Numbered from the stretch's first letter, positions 54,188-64,000 are shown. The stretch is DNA of 64,000 bases from an uncultured Alphaproteobacteria bacterium (GCA_947085465.1 CAMTWQ010000014.1:3904-67903); one strand, 5' to 3'. The notes: generated by a model not told the origin, from the sequence alone. Program-made: numbers and translations.

Positions 54188-57100
54188 ATGCGCCGCTCAC
54201 TTAAGGGATACAAGCCGCCTTCCCGTTTTCGCAAGACGGCGGTAGCGCTTGGATGGGCGGCTGTTGTCCTGTTTTCGCTTATTTTGATCGGGCCGGGTTT
54301 TATCGATTGGAACCGCTTCAAAGGCCCGATTGAGCGGCAGGCCTCCCTTGCGGCTGGACGAGCCGTCAGCATTCCGGGAAACATTGGCTTTTCAGTATTG
54401 CCGCGCCCGGTTTTATCTGTGAGCGGGTTACACGTGGCGAATGTGTCAGGGGGGGTGGCGCCGGATTTGCTCAGCGTTGCGCGGTTGGAGGCGCACATTA
54501 GCCTGATAGCGCTGCTTTCTGGCGAGATTCAAGTCACCACCTTCCGGCTGATCGACCCGGTTTTGTCCCTGGAAGTTATGCAAGGCGGGCTTGACAACTG
54601 GACGCTTGACATGACAGAGGCAAGCGCTCCTGCTATCCGTCTTGATAATGTGATTATCAGGAATGCGATGATCAGTTATCGCAATGCCGGTTCCGGGATA
54701 GATGTGAGGCTTGATAAAATAGACGCGCAACTGACCGCGCATTCCTTGCAAGGTCCATTCAAGATGTTGGGCGCTTTGAGCGTGCACGGCGTGCCGCTTG
54801 CATTTGAAGGGGAACTGGGCGAGATCGCGCCCGCCGCCGTTGTGCCGTTGATGCTTTCCGCGCGGGCTATGTCGGATTCTGGCGTCGAAGCGATGCGGCT
54901 GGATTTTCACGGCAATGTTGCAGAGCGGGAAACAAATCCAAAGTTCAATGGGGTGGTGCGTTTGCATGGGGTGGATATGGCGCAAGCCGCCGCCGCCGCC
55001 GGGCGCATGTTGTCGCGTACCGCCACGCTGCCCGCAGGTTTAGCTAAACCATTCGTTTTTGAAAGTAATCTTCTGGCGGCTTCCGATTTTTTGCAAATGC
55101 GGGATGCCCGGCTTGAGATGGAGGGTGGCGCGATTTCTGGCGCCGCAAAAATTGCGGGCAAGATGGCAATGGATTTCGATGTTGAGCTTTCTTCTACAAG
55201 CTTTGACTTAAATCCGTTGCTTGGCGCAGCCGCATCCTTCACGCTTGCGGAAATTGAATTCGATATTCCATATACGTTAAGCGGCGCGGTGCGCCTGAAT
55301 GCGGGCGCTGTCAAAGCGGGCAGTGGCATGGTCCGCGATGTAAAACTTTCGCTTGATGTTGCAAACGGCGTCGCATCTGTGCGGGAGTTAAGCGCGCTTT
55401 TCCCGGGAACCAGTGCTGTTCGCATCAAAGGCGAGTTGCGCACCGATGCCGGCAAACCGCACTTTACCGGCGCCGGAGATGCGAATTCGGAAAATTTTCG
55501 CGCCTTGCTTGCATGGATGACAGACTTAACGGGGGCGGCGCGGGCAGGTGCTGAACTGAGCGCACTTCCAGAAGGGCGGCTCACCCGGATGCAGGCGGAT
55601 GGCCAGCTTGATCTGACAACTGAAATGCTGCTTATCAATGAGATCGCTATGCGGGCGGATTCCACGGCGGTGAAAGGCTCGATTGGCGTTGAACTGCGGA
55701 CACGGCCTTTGATCATCGCGGATTTACAGGTTGATAAATTGAATCTCGATGCTTATTCGACGCCACAGGCAGTGGAGCCTAATATTTCTACTGCGCCAGT
55801 TCCCGCCGGGTCTTTTTCAATCGCTTCCGCCTTAACATTTCTTGATGGATTCGACAGCAGGTTCAAATTGTCACTTAAGGCGTTGACGTTTCGTAATGCG
55901 CCTGTGACCGGGATTAAGCTTGCAGGGGAATTGAACGGCGGAACTCTTGTGCTGAATGCGCTTTCCGCCGCAGATTTGGCGGGCGCGGCCGTTGGAATAG
56001 GCGGTGTGCTGACAAACTTCGTTTTGTCGCCTCAAGGCGAGGTGAATCTGCGGCTGGCGTCAAAGGATATCAGCGGGCTGGCGCGGATGCTGGCGCTGCC
56101 GGGCGCTGCTGCTGGCGCGCTGGATTTGGAGTTAAAACTTTTGCTCGCTGGCGATTATATTAAAGCAACCATGGGTGCGCGGGCTGATGACACAGCGTTA
56201 AATCTTGCCGGCGCAATTACGGGTGTTACGCTTGGGTTTGCGCCTTCCATGCTGGACACGGCGTCATTGCGCGCTACGTTTGAGATCGGCAATCAAAGTT
56301 TTTCTAAGTTCGCCAGTCAAATGAATATTCCGGCAGTGGCGCCTGCTGACACGGGCGCCGACGCGCCGCTGATGATGCGTGGCGAATTTAGCGGCAATCT
56401 CTCCAAACTTCTGGCCAGTGTGAATATCGATGTGGCGCGTGGACATATCATCATGAATGGCGAGTTGGCCAATGCTCGGTCCAGCCGGGACTACAAATTG
56501 ACGATTGACGCCAGTGGCGAGGATTTAACGTCATTCCTGCGTGGTCTTGGGGTTGGGTTTCGGCCCGCCAGTAATGAACTTGGAGGGTATGACGTTAGGG
56601 CCGCGCTGCACGGCAATGTAAACGGCACCGTTCTGAGTGATATGAATGCCGCGTTTGGGCCGGTTAGCGTGCGAGGCATGGGGGAATTGCAGCTTGCAGG
56701 CGAAAAGCCGGAGCTGCGCGCCGAGCTAGTGTCCGGTGAGCTGATGGCGGATTTATTGCTGCCGGAAATGCTGGGTGATAAGGGGGAAATACCCTATGGC
56801 GCTGGCCGCCGGGGCGCGTCTGCGGGGCAATTGCCGTGGTCGGGGGAGCCGATCGATTTGGCGGTTCTCGATAGTTTTAACGTTAGCGTCAAGTTTAGCT
56901 CACCACATGTGGTGGTGCGCGGGATTGATCTGACTGAGGCGGGATTTCTCATTAGCGTGAAAAATGGCGCCATCGCGTTAAGTGAGTTCAACGGGAAATT
57001 ATTTGGCGGCCCATTAACGCTATCCGCAAAGCTGGGTCGTGGCGGCGCAGGGGCAGAATTTTCTGCTCGCTTTGAGTTGACGGATGCAGACGCCGCCGCA

Positions 57101-57802
57101 GCAAGCGCCGCGCTGCTTGGCGAAAGTGCAATTACTGGCCGATTTGATTTTTCCGGCGATATAAATGCCGCTGGCGCCAGTACATTCGCCTTGGTGTCCG
57201 CACTTGAGGGCAGCGGCCGACTCAAGGCGGTCAATGGCGTTATCCGGGGGATTGATCTGCCTGCGATGAATAAACAACTAGATGAGGTGGAGGAGGTTGC
57301 TGACCTGCTTATCATGTTGCGCAAGGCATTTGCCGGCGGGCAAACAGAATATGCAAGCCTTGATGCGCCGTTTACGATTTCACTTGGCGTGTTGCGCTCG
57401 GGTGAGACGGCGTTAGATATTGATGCTGCTTCGGCAGGATTTAATGTTACAATAGATCTGCCCCGTTATTGGCTTGATAGCGAACTCAAGTTTGCCTTGG
57501 AAAACCATCCGTCGGCGCCGGGGTTTGGCGTTTCCTTTGCGGGCCCGGTGAATAATCCCGGACGCAGTCTTCATACCGAAACCTTGGAGAAATATTTTAC
57601 AACTAAGCTGGTGTCGAGCGGGTTGCAACGGCTTCTTGACGCGAGCAAGACAAGTCCAGCTTCGCCAGATCCCGTTATGCCTGACGCTGGAACTGTTAAG
57701 CCGGAGCCGGCGCCGCAAACGCCGCAGACGGACAAACCAGATACCGGCGCATCCGGCTGGCGCGGGCTTTTGAAAGGTGTAATAGGTGATAAAAAACAAT
57801 GA
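54188..57802 (+). CDS. AsmA family protein (large, N-terminally anchored)
   Basis: 1204 aa. N-terminal TM anchor followed by GPGFIDWNRFKGPIERQASLAAGRAVSI (AsmA N-domain pattern), then a long repetitive beta-rich body and a C-terminal AsmA_2-like region. Confidence 0.75.
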   Translation: MRRSLKGYKPPSRFRKTAVALGWAAVVLFSLILIGPGFIDWNRFKGPIERQASLAAGRAVSIPGNIGFSVLPRPVLSVSGLHVANVSGGVAPDLLSVARLEAHISLIALLSGEIQVTTFRLIDPVLSLEVMQGGLDNWTLDMTEASAPAIRLDNVIIRNAMISYRNAGSGIDVRLDKIDAQLTAHSLQGPFKMLGALSVHGVPLAFEGELGEIAPAAVVPLMLSARAMSDSGVEAMRLDFHGNVAERETNPKFNGVVRLHGVDMAQAAAAAGRMLSRTATLPAGLAKPFVFESNLLAASDFLQMRDARLEMEGGAISGAAKIAGKMAMDFDVELSSTSFDLNPLLGAAASFTLAEIEFDIPYTLSGAVRLNAGAVKAGSGMVRDVKLSLDVANGVASVRELSALFPGTSAVRIKGELRTDAGKPHFTGAGDANSENFRALLAWMTDLTGAARAGAELSALPEGRLTRMQADGQLDLTTEMLLINEIAMRADSTAVKGSIGVELRTRPLIIADLQVDKLNLDAYSTPQAVEPNISTAPVPAGSFSIASALTFLDGFDSRFKLSLKALTFRNAPVTGIKLAGELNGGTLVLNALSAADLAGAAVGIGGVLTNFVLSPQGEVNLRLASKDISGLARMLALPGAAAGALDLELKLLLAGDYIKATMGARADDTALNLAGAITGVTLGFAPSMLDTASLRATFEIGNQSFSKFASQMNIPAVAPADTGADAPLMMRGEFSGNLSKLLASVNIDVARGHIIMNGELANARSSRDYKLTIDASGEDLTSFLRGLGVGFRPASNELGGYDVRAALHGNVNGTVLSDMNAAFGPVSVRGMGELQLAGEKPELRAELVSGELMADLLLPEMLGDKGEIPYGAGRRGASAGQLPWSGEPIDLAVLDSFNVSVKFSSPHVVVRGIDLTEAGFLISVKNGAIALSEFNGKLFGGPLTLSAKLGRGGAGAEFSARFELTDADAAAASAALLGESAITGRFDFSGDINAAGASTFALVSALEGSGRLKAVNGVIRGIDLPAMNKQLDEVEEVADLLIMLRKAFAGGQTEYASLDAPFTISLGVLRSGETALDIDAASAGFNVTIDLPRYWLDSELKFALENHPSAPGFGVSFAGPVNNPGRSLHTETLEKYFTTKLVSSGLQRLLDASKTSPASPDPVMPDAGTVKPEPAPQTPQTDKPDTGASGWRGLLKGVIGDKKQ

Positions 57803-57825
57803 CTTCACAAGGGTAGCGCATAAAA

Positions 57826-59127
57826 ATGCGTAAATGGCTTCTAGTGATTATTCTGGCCGTGCCTGTGGTGATTTTCGCCGCGCCTATTCTGCTGGTGTAC
57901 TTCATGCTATCCGGCGCCCCGATCGTTGCTGGCGGCGCGCCAGCAGATAGCGATGATGCGCAACGGGTGCAGAATGTTATCGCCCGTTATGGTGTTGGCG
58001 CTGCTTCCGGCGCAAAAATATCGGAGTTGAGGGTTTCTGAGAAGGAGGTGGAAAGCCTGCTGGCGTTTACCGCGCGGGGTATTAAATCTGCGCGCGCCGC
58101 TGTGGTGATAACGGACAACGGATTAGACGCGCGCTTGAGCATAACACTGCCTGCAAATCCATTTGGCCGTTATGCTAATTTCAGCTTCAACATATTGCCA
58201 TCGGAACATGGGCTGGAAATAAGCCGGGTAACGGCGGGCGAGACGAATTTGCCGCCACGCATGCTGTTGTTCATGTTGCGTTACGGATTTGATATCCTGT
58301 TCGGATCGGAAGAAAGCCTGAATATCGTGGAGACGTTGCAGGCGGTGCGTTTTTCAGGCCCATCCGTGATCATTGTTTACCGTCCAACGCCGGGCCTCAA
58401 GGAGCGCTTAATTGCCAAGATACAAGAGAATGATCAGCTTCGCATTGGCGATCCGGAGCGAGTGCAAATTTATTTTTCCAGGCTGCAGGAAGTTGCAGCG
58501 AAGCTGCGCGGGGGATATGTATCGCTTAGCCGGTATGTTGCGCCTGTGTTTGAACTAGCCTTAAACCGTCAGGCTGCTGGCGCGGGTGATGCAAGAAAAG
58601 AAAATGAGGCGGCGATACTTGCACTGGCAATTTATTTTGGCGATGACCGTATCGAGAAACTGCTTGGCGATGCGCAGGGTAAATATTTTTCTGGTTCACG
58701 GCTAGGCAGCTATAACGTCACTCTAAAGGGACGGCATGATCTTGTGCAGCATTATTTGACATCCGCAGGGTTGCAGATCGCCGCTGGCGAGGGCGTCGCC
58801 AACGCAATCGGTGAGTTCAAGGAAATTGCTGACGCCTTGACCGGGGGCAGCGGGTTCAGCTTTTCTGATATTGCTGCTGACCGGGCAGGGGTAACGTTGG
58901 CGGAGCGGGCAATGAGCGCCAAGACGGCGCGCCGGATTCAAGAAGTATTGGCAGGCGCTTCAAGCGAGGCAGTGTTCTTTCCCGACATTTCCGGGTTGCC
59001 AGATAATATGTCGCAAGCAGAATTTGAGCGCCGCTATGGCGGCGTTGAGAGCCCCCGCTACAGGGAGCTGATGGCCGAGATAGAACGCAGGATTGTGCAG
59101 GCGCCGGCATATAGAGACGGATCATGA
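57826..59127 (+). CDS. hypothetical membrane-anchored protein
   Basis: 433-aa ORF with one N-terminal TM helix and no recognised motif. It lies 23 nt after the AsmA gene and shares an ATGA overlap with the next gene. Confidence 0.6.
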   Translation: MRKWLLVIILAVPVVIFAAPILLVYFMLSGAPIVAGGAPADSDDAQRVQNVIARYGVGAASGAKISELRVSEKEVESLLAFTARGIKSARAAVVITDNGLDARLSITLPANPFGRYANFSFNILPSEHGLEISRVTAGETNLPPRMLLFMLRYGFDILFGSEESLNIVETLQAVRFSGPSVIIVYRPTPGLKERLIAKIQENDQLRIGDPERVQIYFSRLQEVAAKLRGGYVSLSRYVAPVFELALNRQAAGAGDARKENEAAILALAIYFGDDRIEKLLGDAQGKYFSGSRLGSYNVTLKGRHDLVQHYLTSAGLQIAAGEGVANAIGEFKEIADALTGGSGFSFSDIAADRAGVTLAERAMSAKTARRIQEVLAGASSEAVFFPDISGLPDNMSQAEFERRYGGVESPRYRELMAEIERRIVQAPAYRDGS

Positions 59128-59756
59128 GCGGCGCGGAATTCGCACTTCCCATTGATATTGATTCGATCAAGGGTTTTATGGATCCGCAAGAGGGTCAGGC
59201 TTTGTATAGTGCGGCGCTGATTGCCGCTGAGCGCGGGCCGCTGCTTGAAATCGGCTCATACTGCGGCAAGTCGGCGATGTATCTGGGCGCCGCCTGCAAA
59301 GTGCGGGGGGCGCTTTTATATGCGCTTGATCATCATCGCGGGTCGGAGGAAAATCAGCCGGGCTGGGAATATCATGATGCGGAATTGTGGGATGCGGATG
59401 CAGGTGCGATGGATACGCTGCCGCATTTTCGCAGCGCCCTGAGGCGGGCGCAGTTGGAAGACACCGTGATTCCCATTGTCACCCGTTCCACATTAGCGGC
59501 GCGGCATTGGAATATTCCGCTGGCCATGGTGTTCATTGATGGCGGTCATACCCTGGAGGCCGCGCTGGACGATTACCGGGGCTTTAGTCCGCATGTGATG
59601 CCGGGCGGCGCCCTGGCCATTCATGATATTTTTTCAAATCCCGCCGATGGCGGCCAGGCGCCCTATGAAATTTATAAGCTGGCGCTGGCTAGTGGCCTGT
59701 TCGAGGAGCTAGCGATGGTAAAGTCGCTGGCTCTGTTGCGCCGCATCCTCATCTAG
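59124..59756 (+). CDS. class I SAM-dependent methyltransferase (Methyltransf_24/O-methyltransferase-like)
   Basis: LLEIGSYCGKSAMYLG (motif I) and VFIDGGHTLEAALDD. Confidence 0.75.
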   Translation: MSGAEFALPIDIDSIKGFMDPQEGQALYSAALIAAERGPLLEIGSYCGKSAMYLGAACKVRGALLYALDHHRGSEENQPGWEYHDAELWDADAGAMDTLPHFRSALRRAQLEDTVIPIVTRSTLAARHWNIPLAMVFIDGGHTLEAALDDYRGFSPHVMPGGALAIHDIFSNPADGGQAPYEIYKLALASGLFEELAMVKSLALLRRILI

Positions 59757-60821
59757 CGAGTCGATGAATAGGCGCGCCGCCGGGGTAACCTGACACAGCG
59801 CATCGGCGGCAAGCAGCACCGCGCCTGCGGTCCATGCGGGCATTTCCCTGGGCCAGTGAATAGCCTCGACCGTTTGATAGCCCATCCAATAGGCGCCGCA
59901 TTCATGGCGGTATTGATGCACCCAGCTAAACAGCTCCATGGCGCGCGCCGGTTGCCCACTTGCCAGCACCGCCATCGTTAGCTCGCAGGTTTCCGCGACC
60001 GTCACCCATGGCTCGTCACTTACACAACGGCATCCGCGCCCTGGCTCGACAAATAGGTCCCATTTCGCAGCCAGATGCGATCGCGCGGCTTCGCCCTGCA
60101 GAGCGCCGCTTAACACCGGATAATACCAATCCATTGAGAAGCGCTCTTTCGTGGCCCATGTGCGGTCAAAGCGATGCGGTTTGTGACGCAGCGCGTCACC
60201 CAATCGCGCGCGCGCCAAAGCCCAATATGGTTGCGGATTACCGGAGGCGTCAGCAATGCGGACCGCGCATTCCAGGCTTTTGTATATGGAAGAACAGCCG
60301 GTGCGCAGCGCATCGTCAGCGGCGGAACGCGGGTCGGGCGCCGCCCACCTGATATCGCCCTCAATGCTTTGCAGTGACAGGACAAACCCGATGGCGCGCG
60401 AAACCGCTGGCCACATGCGCGCCAGAAAATCCGCGTCTCCAGTAATTAAATAATGATGCCATACGCCGGTCGCGATATAGGCGCAGAAATTGGTGTCGCG
60501 CAGCGGCGGTTCTATTTTCGATTCATCCGCTGAAAAAACATGCTTGTAAGGATCAATGGGTACGGTAGCGCCCAAATCACCCCACCACGAACCATCCGTT
60601 AATTGATTTTGCGCCAGCCATTCATACGCCCTGCCTGCTGCATCATAGTACCCGAGAATGCTGAGGCCCATTGCCGCTTCGATGTGATTCCATGGATCGG
60701 TCACGCCGCCATCAAACCAGGGTATTGCCCCATCGGGGCGCTGCAAATGCAAAATGCGCGCGGCGGCGCCGTCAAAAAACTTTTCCGGAAAACTGCCCTT
60801 AGCAAGATATAGCTTTTCCAC
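59709..60821 (-). CDS. prenyltransferase/squalene-oxidase-repeat (alpha/alpha-toroid) protein
   Basis: Repeated LQxxDGxW-type motifs (LHLQRPDGAIPWF, LAQNQLTDGSWWG). GTG start immediately follows the upstream stop. Confidence 0.6.
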   Translation of the reverse strand: MEKLYLAKGSFPEKFFDGAAARILHLQRPDGAIPWFDGGVTDPWNHIEAAMGLSILGYYDAAGRAYEWLAQNQLTDGSWWGDLGATVPIDPYKHVFSADESKIEPPLRDTNFCAYIATGVWHHYLITGDADFLARMWPAVSRAIGFVLSLQSIEGDIRWAAPDPRSAADDALRTGCSSIYKSLECAVRIADASGNPQPYWALARARLGDALRHKPHRFDRTWATKERFSMDWYYPVLSGALQGEAARSHLAAKWDLFVEPGRGCRCVSDEPWVTVAETCELTMAVLASGQPARAMELFSWVHQYRHECGAYWMGYQTVEAIHWPREMPAWTAGAVLLAADALCQVTPAARLFIDSLDEDAAQQSQRLYHR

Positions 60822-61550
60822 TTATCGATTTCCTATCGAGAAATACATTACTACGCTCTTGCCCATGATGGGATTCAAGAACCTGTCTAGCCAACGCGTC
60901 AGCTTTGGCTGTTTGAGAATATCCCACACCAAGAAGCGATGATAAATTTTCACCGCCTGACTGTCATGCCGGTGATCCCAGCGCAGACATTGCAGCCACC
61001 AATAAGGCGAATGCAGGCCATGCGCCCAATGCTTGCCAAACAGGCGCATTCCCCGGCTCTCGATATCCCTGCGCAAAGCGCCGGCGCTGAATATGCGGAT
61101 ATGCCCGCCGGGTTCCTTGGCGTAACCGTTTGGGCTTAGCCGCCAGCATATCCACTCGGGCCACAGGCGCGGCACGCTCACGGATAAATAACCATCCGGT
61201 TTGAGTACGCGGCGGATTTCATCAAGCGCTGTTTGATAATCTGGAATGTGTTCCAGCACCTCGGAGCAAATCACGGCGTCAAAGCAATTGTCGGCGAACG
61301 GCAATTGCAGGGCGCTGCTTTGCGCCAGACTAAACGTGCGGCCCGAGTTAGGCTCCATGTCGGGAATTGTCCCAAATCCCCGGCGTGTTTCCAGCAAATC
61401 TTTAAGGCTCAGATCGGCTCCCACAGCGTGCAGCCGCTTGGCGTAGTACAGCGCGTGCATATGCCGGCCCTGGCCGCAGCCAAGGTCAAGCACGCAATCG
61501 CCGTCGCGCAAAGGCAATCGTTCAAGATCGACGGTGCGCATGCTGTTCAA
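60822..61550 (-). CDS. class I SAM-dependent methyltransferase (Methyltransf_11-like)
   Basis: VLDLGCGQGRH motif I and FDAVICSEVLEHIPD. Confidence 0.8.
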   Translation of the reverse strand: MNSMRTVDLERLPLRDGDCVLDLGCGQGRHMHALYYAKRLHAVGADLSLKDLLETRRGFGTIPDMEPNSGRTFSLAQSSALQLPFADNCFDAVICSEVLEHIPDYQTALDEIRRVLKPDGYLSVSVPRLWPEWICWRLSPNGYAKEPGGHIRIFSAGALRRDIESRGMRLFGKHWAHGLHSPYWWLQCLRWDHRHDSQAVKIYHRFLVWDILKQPKLTRWLDRFLNPIMGKSVVMYFSIGNR

Positions 61551-62901
61551 TCTTCTGATGATAATAGGCGGTCAGTTCAGCCGCTGTGCGCGACCATTGA
61601 AACTCCCGCACCATGCGGGCGCGTCCGCTAATGCTCAAGGCCTCACGCCGTGCTGGATCGCGCAACAACCCGGCGATGGCTGAAGCAAGCGCACCGGAAT
61701 CACCCGGTGGCGTCATTACGCAGTCTTGGCCCGCCACCTCCGGCAGCGCGCCGCCGGATGTGGTGACTAGCGGCACGCCTGCCGCCATCGCCTCGCCGGC
61801 AGGGAAGCCAAATCCTTCGTATAACGAAGGGCACACGGCGATGGTGGCTTTTGCATAGAGGCAGCGCAGTTCTTCATTGCTGATTCCAGAAATGAACTGC
61901 ACCCGATCCTTGACGCCAAGCTTGTGCAATAGTTGTCCGGTCGGTCCTTCACGCAATTTTCCAACAACCACAAGCTCTAGATCGGGAAATTCAGGCAGCA
62001 AATTCGCATAAGCCTCAACAAGATGGACAAGGCCCTTTAGCGCCACATCGGCGCTGGCCGTGGCCATCAGCCGGTTCGGTTTGCGCTTTATTTCCGGCAT
62101 TGGGCGAAAGCTTTCGCTGTCAATGCCTTCCAAAATCACCTGCATCTGTTCAGGGCGCAGTCCAAATTCATCAATTAGGTCGCGATAGGTCGAGTGTGAC
62201 ACCGCGATAATGTTATCCAGCCGCCGCGCTACCTGCTTTTGCATATTGATAAACAAATGCCATCGCCATACCAAAAATTTATAAAAATAAGTTTCCTGGG
62301 CGGCTATGGCGTGGTCGCGATCCTTGGTGATCGGATGATGGATAGTGCTGATCACCGGCGGGCCGATGCGCTGCAATTCCAGCAGTCCTGTGCACAGTGT
62401 TTGGTTATCGTGAATGATGTCGTAGGCGTTGCAGCGTGTGCGAAGATAGTCAACCAGCCGGCGCCCAAACGTATAGGGCTCAGAAAAACCACCGGTTGTA
62501 TGGCTTAGATATTCAATCCAGTCAGTGCGGTTGCCGCGCCGCTCATGCGGCAGGCCGTATAATGGTTTGGGGTGTGCAAATAGATCAAGCGACGGAAGTT
62601 TGATCAGTCCAATGCGCGGATCCAGTTCTGGATAGGGTGGTCCCGAGATCACATCGACCTGGTGTCCGATATCTGTCAAAGCTTTGCTTATGTGGCGGAT
62701 ATAGACGCCTTGACCGCCGGAGTGGGGATGGCTGCGGTAGCTGGTCAGCAGAATCCGCAACCGCGCGCCATGGTGCGGCTGGAAAGCGGTGGAATTTATT
62801 ATTGCGCGGCTGTCCCGCAACAGCGGTTCGGCCTGCTCCAGCATCACAGGCCCATCGCCAGCACGCCGCAACAGGCTTAGTGTGCTTGTTTCCTCACTCA
62901 T
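61522..62901 (-). CDS. glycosyltransferase family 4 (GT-B fold)
   Basis: N-terminal GGQGVYIRHISKAL, and C-terminal CPSLYEGFGFPAGEAMAAGVPLVTT (the E-x7-E region). Confidence 0.85.
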   Translation of the reverse strand: MSEETSTLSLLRRAGDGPVMLEQAEPLLRDSRAIINSTAFQPHHGARLRILLTSYRSHPHSGGQGVYIRHISKALTDIGHQVDVISGPPYPELDPRIGLIKLPSLDLFAHPKPLYGLPHERRGNRTDWIEYLSHTTGGFSEPYTFGRRLVDYLRTRCNAYDIIHDNQTLCTGLLELQRIGPPVISTIHHPITKDRDHAIAAQETYFYKFLVWRWHLFINMQKQVARRLDNIIAVSHSTYRDLIDEFGLRPEQMQVILEGIDSESFRPMPEIKRKPNRLMATASADVALKGLVHLVEAYANLLPEFPDLELVVVGKLREGPTGQLLHKLGVKDRVQFISGISNEELRCLYAKATIAVCPSLYEGFGFPAGEAMAAGVPLVTTSGGALPEVAGQDCVMTPPGDSGALASAIAGLLRDPARREALSISGRARMVREFQWSRTAAELTAYYHQKIEQHAHRRS

Positions 62902-63076
62902 ATAGTCACCAACCCTGCTTCAACGCCTGCTTATACGTGTTTTTTTTCTCAGCATTATACCAGCCAGAAACCCCCGGCTGGTCATCGCCGCCATTTTCCC
63001 CATTCCCGCGCCGGCTTCAGGCGACAAGAGTGAACAAAATTGTTCATATTCACTTCAAAATCAAGCCGGGATTTAA

Positions 63077-63475
63077 TTAATTGATACTGTGAGGTATTTC
63101 GGCAGTTTGCGGAGGTCCGCCACCAGGGCCCGCATGGTGGTGCAGCAGCCGCCACTGGTTGCCGGAGCGCGTGAATATATTGGTCGCCACGAGATAACCG
63201 CCGCCCAGTTTCTCATGGCACAGCACATAGGCGGAATTACCGTCTACAAACGCTTGCGCGCCGGTACAGCTGATAGCGGGCGGGTTAGGTCCCTCCAGAA
63301 TGCTACGAAAGCTTTCCAGCACGGCCAGATGACCAATGACCGGGTTCCATCCCGGGTGGGTGCAACTGATACGCGGTACATCCGCCCAGATTTCGCGCAG
63401 CGCCGTCATATCCTTTGCAGCAAAGGCGCGGTAAAAAACTTCGTTGGCGAAAAGAACCGCCTCGGTGTCGCTCAT
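63077..63475 (-). CDS. NTF2-fold protein (SnoaL/DUF4440-like)
   Basis: ANEVFYRAFAAKDMTALREIWAD...CTHPGW pattern, about 132 aa. Confidence 0.65.
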   Translation of the reverse strand: MSDTEAVLFANEVFYRAFAAKDMTALREIWADVPRISCTHPGWNPVIGHLAVLESFRSILEGPNPPAISCTGAQAFVDGNSAYVLCHEKLGGGYLVATNIFTRSGNQWRLLHHHAGPGGGPPQTAEIPHSIN

Positions 63476-63504
63476 CACGGCTCACTTTCTTTGTGGTCGT
63501 GGCA

Positions 63505-64000
63505 TTAGGCCTCATTTATGCCCAGACATGCCAGCATTTCTTCGCGTTTAGGTCCAAGCTTTGGTGGTAATAAATGCGCGTTATGTTCGCGCCCGCGCAT
63601 CCAGACGCGCAAGATAGGCAACAGAACAGCCGGATTCCGCAGCGCGATTTGCGGATTCTCCAACATGTGAAACCCGCGCAGCAGCGCGCGCAGAACATCG
63701 ATGTCCCCGCGCGAGGCCGGGCGCAAAGCATCCTCGAAAAAGCGTTTGGCAATGCGCGCTTTTATCGAGGGCTGATAGGCAGGGTTGCGTGCATTAGCGG
63801 CGCGGCGGATGGCGCGCGCGTCTTCCTTTATCATCAAATCATGAAAGGGCCGGATTTCACGCCTTTGTATCGCATCGAATTCTCGCGCCCGCCGCATGGG
63901 ATCAACATGGCTGATCAGTGTTTTCGCAAGTAAATGCGCCTGCAAAAAACCAGCCGAGCAGCCCCGGCCATACAATGGATTGCTGCGGATAACCGCATCC
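63505..64000 (-). CDS. FAD-dependent oxidoreductase-like protein, C-terminal part (gene continues beyond the window)
   Basis: The reading frame stays open to position 64000 (…NPLYGRGCSAGF is typical of flavoprotein monooxygenase/halogenase-like folds). Only the C-terminal 165 aa or so are visible. Confidence 0.45.
   Translation of the reverse strand, partial: DAVIRSNPLYGRGCSAGFLQAHLLAKTLISHVDPMRRAREFDAIQRREIRPFHDLMIKEDARAIRRAANARNPAYQPSIKARIAKRFFEDALRPASRGDIDVLRALLRGFHMLENPQIALRNPAVLLPILRVWMRGREHNAHLLPPKLGPKREEMLACLGINEA

Noticed and set aside
63031-63046. Palindrome TGAACA-AAAT-TGTTCA upstream of the GT4 operon as an SOS (LexA) box.
   Set aside because: The alphaproteobacterial LexA site is a direct repeat, GTTC-N7-GTTC. 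This is an inverted repeat with different spacing. It may be some other operator, but nothing supports a specific call.

Overview
This is a 64-kb GC-rich chromosomal segment. Its gene content and local gene orders look alphaproteobacterial: ccmCDEFGH, hldE-hldD, dapF-mtaB-ftsY, cobS/cobT, xseB-ispA-dxs, ispH-thrB(APH-type)-rnhA and Tad-type minor pilins. That placement is an inference from remembered synteny, not a search. I can support about 70 protein genes and one tRNA-Thr(UGU). I see no rRNA, CRISPR, transposase, integrase or phage genes. Most of the window is housekeeping.

Three things stand out:
1. A mosaic superfamily of hairpin repeats, all bounded by TAGAGC...GCTCTA (or TAGACC...GGTCTA), forms 11 intergenic clusters. 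The terminal TAG of these repeats serves as the stop codon of seven or eight flanking genes. One cluster truncates a DUF423 gene.
2. Two genes have conserved N-termini (a signal peptide and a TRAM-like segment) that are only encoded if translation starts at a CTG overlapping the upstream stop codon (CTGA). ATGA and GTGA overlaps are pervasive elsewhere in the window.
3. Several gene sets look accessory:
- three tandem family-III CoA-transferase paralogs plus two tandem MFS paralogs
- a fourth CoA-transferase fused to a GNAT domain and coupled to a DUF4169 gene
- a ferritin-like diiron protein with an unknown partner
- a degenerate-EAL protein
- an orphan TadE/TadE/TadG-VWA set
- a mini rod-protein plus FliL-like pair
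- a GT4/methyltransferase/toroid-protein operon

All functional calls rest on motifs read from the supplied translations and on hand translation of the DNA. No database was queried. Many start codons are uncertain by a few codons.
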